Below are positions 60,743-64,000 of a stretch of 64,000 nucleotides of DNA, one piece after another. The notes beneath the pieces were generated by a model. That model was not told where the DNA came from, searched no databases, and worked only from the letters and a program-made list of their open reading frames with translations. Positions within the stretch are counted from its first letter, which is position 1. Every line of letters starts with the position of its first letter. The stretch is from Terriglobia bacterium (lineage in GTDB: Bacteria; Acidobacteriota; Terriglobia; 2-12-FULL-54-10). The stretch is taken from the NCBI GenBank assembly GCA_963666975.2, contig CAXVYR010000003.1, positions 736,001 to 800,000 of the forward strand, in the 5' to 3' direction. The translations under genes and the position numbers were made by a program.

Positions 60743-62620
60743 ATGAAAAAGCAATGGGTTTTGGGATTGGCGGTAATGATGTGGGTAAGCTGGGCTGGAC
60801 AGGACCTCCTGCGGGCTCAACAAGCACCGGACACCATTCTCTACAATGGAAAGATCGTGACCGTGGACAACCATGAGGTCAACTCGGACTTGGGAACCAT
60901 CGCTGAGGCGATTGCGATCCGGGATGGAGAGATCGTCGCCGTGGGAAGCAACTCCCAGGTTCGTCGTCTGGCAGGTAGTAACACCCAATCCATTGACCTG
61001 ATGGGGAGAATGGTTGCTCCGGGCTTCGGTGCCACGCACGATCATCCGCCGGACTGGGACCCGCTGAATACGTATATCGTAAAGAAAGTGGTCACCGATG
61101 ATATCCATATAGAGCGGTTTTTGGAGGACCCCCCCGATCAGCAATTGGAACAGTTTCCCCGGGTTCTAGAGGAGGCGGTCCTCAAGGCCCAGCCGGGCCA
61201 ATGGATTCGGATTAGCATGTTGTTTGGGAAAGAATATCGGTGGCGTGACCAGATTATACCGATGTTGGGGCAGCAAATTAACAAGCAGATGCTGGATCTG
61301 GCCGCTCCTAATAATCCGGTTGTGGTTCGCGCTGGTTTTGTCGGAATGTTGGTAAATCAGAGAGCGATTGCCGAAGTAAAAAAGTACTACGGGGACCAAT
61401 GGAACGAGTTCCTCTACCCACTATTAGGAGACCAGGGTGGTGCTCCGACGAATTTTGATGAAAGAGGCTTCTGCGCCGTCTGCTATCGTTACGTGGAACA
61501 AGACGTGCTCTACTCACCGGAAGTGTTGCGGGAAATCTACCGCCTGGGGTTGTCCTGGATGGGAGGGTATGGGGTCACCCTCAACGGAACGTCGCTGTAC
61601 ACAGGTGGTGCGATTCGCGCCTACAACACCCTGGATCGCCGGGGGCAGATGGCTATTCGCTTTGCTTGGGGCTACTACTGGCCGTTTCGCAACGACTTCT
61701 TTGCGGACCCCTATTTTGTGCAGGCAGCCGTCAGCCGGGAAAGAACGGGCTCGAATTATTTCTGGAATACAGGCATGACTTCGATGATGGGAACGGGCTG
61801 CAGCGAGCTGCCCGGCACTTCACCGGAGGTCAAGCAACGGGAACCCAAGTGCAGATTTGACAATCCGCAGAATAGGGCTATTGAGGCTCTCTATGAATAC
61901 GTCAAGGCGGGAGGGCGGCTGACCGGGGATCACATGACGGGAGATAAGGACGTTGATATCCTCCTGGACACCATCGAGAGGGCGAGCAAAGATGCCGGCA
62001 TGACGCTGGAGGAGATTCGTTCCAAGCGCCATGTGACCGAACACATGGCCATGTATCCTCGGCCGGATCAAATCCCGCGGTTCAAAAAACTGGGCATGAT
62101 GACCAGTGGATGGGACTTCTATATTTGGGAAGGAAGCGGGCAGCAGATCCTGCGGGATTACGGCGAGCGGGGCGCGATGCAGGTGGTTCCTCGCAAGAGT
62201 CTCTATGAAGCGGGCATCATGAACAGCGTCGAGATTGACCGGCCCATTGGATACACCGACCTGACCTACTTCCAGGTTCTTTATTCTGGAATTACCCGAA
62301 AGGATCAGAACGGGATGGTGACTGCACCGCAGCAGGGAGTGGATCGGCGAGCGATGTTGAAGTCGGCGACGCTCTGGGGGGCCTATGGGACGTTGCGGGA
62401 AGATGTGCTGGGGTCGCTGGAGCCGGGCAAATGGGCGGACCTGATTGTGCTCGATAAGGACTACCTGACAGTTCCGGTGGAGGAGATTCCCAAGCTGCGG
62501 GTTTTGATGACCATGGTGGGCGGCAAGGTGGTACACCTGGTTCCGTCTCTGGCCCGCGAAATCGGGATGCAACCGACCGGGGCCCAGGTAGAACTGGGCG
62601 GACCGGCGGCGCAGTGGTAA
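60743..62620 (+). CDS. Exported amidohydrolase family 3 (YtcJ-like)
   Basis: Signal peptide MKKQW...; ATHDHPPDW, DHMTGD, VTEH, GSLEPGKWADL. Confidence 0.85.
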   Translation: MKKQWVLGLAVMMWVSWAGQDLLRAQQAPDTILYNGKIVTVDNHEVNSDLGTIAEAIAIRDGEIVAVGSNSQVRRLAGSNTQSIDLMGRMVAPGFGATHDHPPDWDPLNTYIVKKVVTDDIHIERFLEDPPDQQLEQFPRVLEEAVLKAQPGQWIRISMLFGKEYRWRDQIIPMLGQQINKQMLDLAAPNNPVVVRAGFVGMLVNQRAIAEVKKYYGDQWNEFLYPLLGDQGGAPTNFDERGFCAVCYRYVEQDVLYSPEVLREIYRLGLSWMGGYGVTLNGTSLYTGGAIRAYNTLDRRGQMAIRFAWGYYWPFRNDFFADPYFVQAAVSRERTGSNYFWNTGMTSMMGTGCSELPGTSPEVKQREPKCRFDNPQNRAIEALYEYVKAGGRLTGDHMTGDKDVDILLDTIERASKDAGMTLEEIRSKRHVTEHMAMYPRPDQIPRFKKLGMMTSGWDFYIWEGSGQQILRDYGERGAMQVVPRKSLYEAGIMNSVEIDRPIGYTDLTYFQVLYSGITRKDQNGMVTAPQQGVDRRAMLKSATLWGAYGTLREDVLGSLEPGKWADLIVLDKDYLTVPVEEIPKLRVLMTMVGGKVVHLVPSLAREIGMQPTGAQVELGGPAAQW

Positions 62621-62678
62621 TTATTTCACGGATCCGTCCAGGATTCCTGATCCATTTCTTGCTGATGAGGTAAACGAG

Positions 62679-64000
62679 ATGAGAAAAGCATCGACGATAG
62701 GTTTGATAGCGATTCTGTGCGCTGCTTGGGGATGGGCTCAGCAGGTAGATGTGGCTGCCAGGTTGGGCTATCCCCAGATGATTGTTTATAACGGCAAGAT
62801 CGTCACGATGGATGACGCCTCGTTTGAGTCCCGTGTGGGGACGATTGCGCAGGCCATGGCGATCCGGGACGGGAAGATACTGGAGATGGGGACCAATGCG
62901 GAGGTGCAGGCATTGGCAGGGCCGCAAACGAAGCAGATTGATCTGAAGGGCAGGACGGTGCTGCCGAGCTTCATCATGACCCACGAGCATCCCACGGATT
63001 GGGCCTTTCAGGAACCAAGGGCCATTACTCACGTCCTACCCAACGACGATGTGATTATCCATCGCTGGCTGCCGAATCTGCCGCCCAAGGAACAGTTGGC
63101 GCTATTTGAGCCGGCGTTTCAGGAAGCCCTCTCCAAGGCGAAGCCAGGACAATGGATTCTGCTCAGCTTCAACTGGGGACCGGAGTATGAATGGGCGATG
63201 GAGATGGGGGCGCTGTTTAAAAAGAGCATCACCAAGGAATGGCTCGATCAGTTGGCTCCTAACAACCCGGTAAAGGTGAAAAATGGGTTTATTACCTCTG
63301 TGGTAAATCAGAAGGCCATTGACGAGCTGCGCTCGGTCCATCCCACGCTTTCCGTGATGACGGGCAACGCAGGGGAACAGAGTGCCGAGCAATTTTTGCA
63401 AACGGGCGGTGGCTTCAGCCGGCCGATAGAACCGGATGCAATGTTCAAGGGTAAGACGCCGCTGCTGGCTGAACTTCTCAAGGCCGAAATGGAGTTGTGG
63501 GTGAGCTACGGGATCACGACCTACGGTTCCTCTCCCTATGCCTATCACAACTACCAGGCGCTGGATTACCTGGACAAGAAGGGGGAAATGCCAGCCCGCT
63601 TCGCATGGGGCTACACGGGGCCCGACTGGAGCACCGATATCTTGCGGTACCTGTCCGGCATGGTGGGACACGGCACCGACCATCTCTGGCTGGTGGGAGC
63701 GTGGGCGGCGGTCGGCAGTTCTTGCATGAGCGTGCCTGTGAGACCGGAGTGGGAACAACTGAGTGAGCAATTCACCGGGTCCACATGGGTAGGGGACATC
63801 GAGAGGTGCAGCTTCACTCCCGGCGCATGGGGAAGGGAGATTCTGGAACGGATACTCGAGAGCGGCATGCGGGTAGCGACGATGCATACGGGAGGGGACA
63901 AGGATATTGACTATTACATGGACGCGATCGAGGAGGTGGGCAAGAAAGCCGGATTTACTCTGGAGCAAATCCGCGCCAAGCGGCATGCCTTTGACCACGG
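62679..64000 (+). CDS. Exported amidohydrolase family 3, close paralog of 56321-58234; runs off the window (absent from the ORF track)
   Basis: Own translation MRKASTIGLIAILCAAWGWAQQVDVAARLGYPQMIVYNGKIVTMDD...MTHEHPTDW...MHTGGD...HAFDH. Confidence 0.85.
   Translation, partial: MRKASTIGLIAILCAAWGWAQQVDVAARLGYPQMIVYNGKIVTMDDASFESRVGTIAQAMAIRDGKILEMGTNAEVQALAGPQTKQIDLKGRTVLPSFIMTHEHPTDWAFQEPRAITHVLPNDDVIIHRWLPNLPPKEQLALFEPAFQEALSKAKPGQWILLSFNWGPEYEWAMEMGALFKKSITKEWLDQLAPNNPVKVKNGFITSVVNQKAIDELRSVHPTLSVMTGNAGEQSAEQFLQTGGGFSRPIEPDAMFKGKTPLLAELLKAEMELWVSYGITTYGSSPYAYHNYQALDYLDKKGEMPARFAWGYTGPDWSTDILRYLSGMVGHGTDHLWLVGAWAAVGSSCMSVPVRPEWEQLSEQFTGSTWVGDIERCSFTPGAWGREILERILESGMRVATMHTGGDKDIDYYMDAIEEVGKKAGFTLEQIRAKRHAFDH

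Overview
GC-rich bacterial chromosome segment, probably Acidobacteriota (inferred from the TonB-receptor C-terminus, Ser/Thr kinase fragment and repeat types). Scattered indels and one mosaic stretch suggest a noisy long-read or MAG consensus. 1-10 kb is housekeeping: atpF-H-A-G (no atpD/C), tsaC with an in-frame TGA at its conserved Trp, a GlcG-like protein, ffh-rpsP-khpA-rimM-trmD-rplS-rnhB and a ferredoxin. 10-23.7 kb is signalling: FHA/VWA proteins, HK-RR-HK, a DnaJ-domain protein, a PilB/GspE ATPase with a receiver domain, and a REC-MBL hydrolase split by an IS1380. 24-64 kb is an accessory region of mostly exported enzymes: six amidohydrolases, a tri-heme cytochrome c, two Tat-signal ThDP enzymes, a cohesin-like protein, an ABC transporter, two M29-like paralogs and a Tat deacetylase. 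It also holds IS4/IS1/IS3/IS1380 elements or remnants, MITEs, and tRNA-Lys(CTT) flanked by two integrase remnants. Top finding: two tandem beta-propeller paralogs (32180-34447 and 34724-36949, minus strand) each carry an in-frame TGA at the same mid-blade position (LVPN*VAHPQI). Each TGA is followed by a hairpin with compensatory base changes and a G-starting loop 32 nt downstream, i.e. candidate exported ~750-aa selenoproteins that ORF callers split in two.
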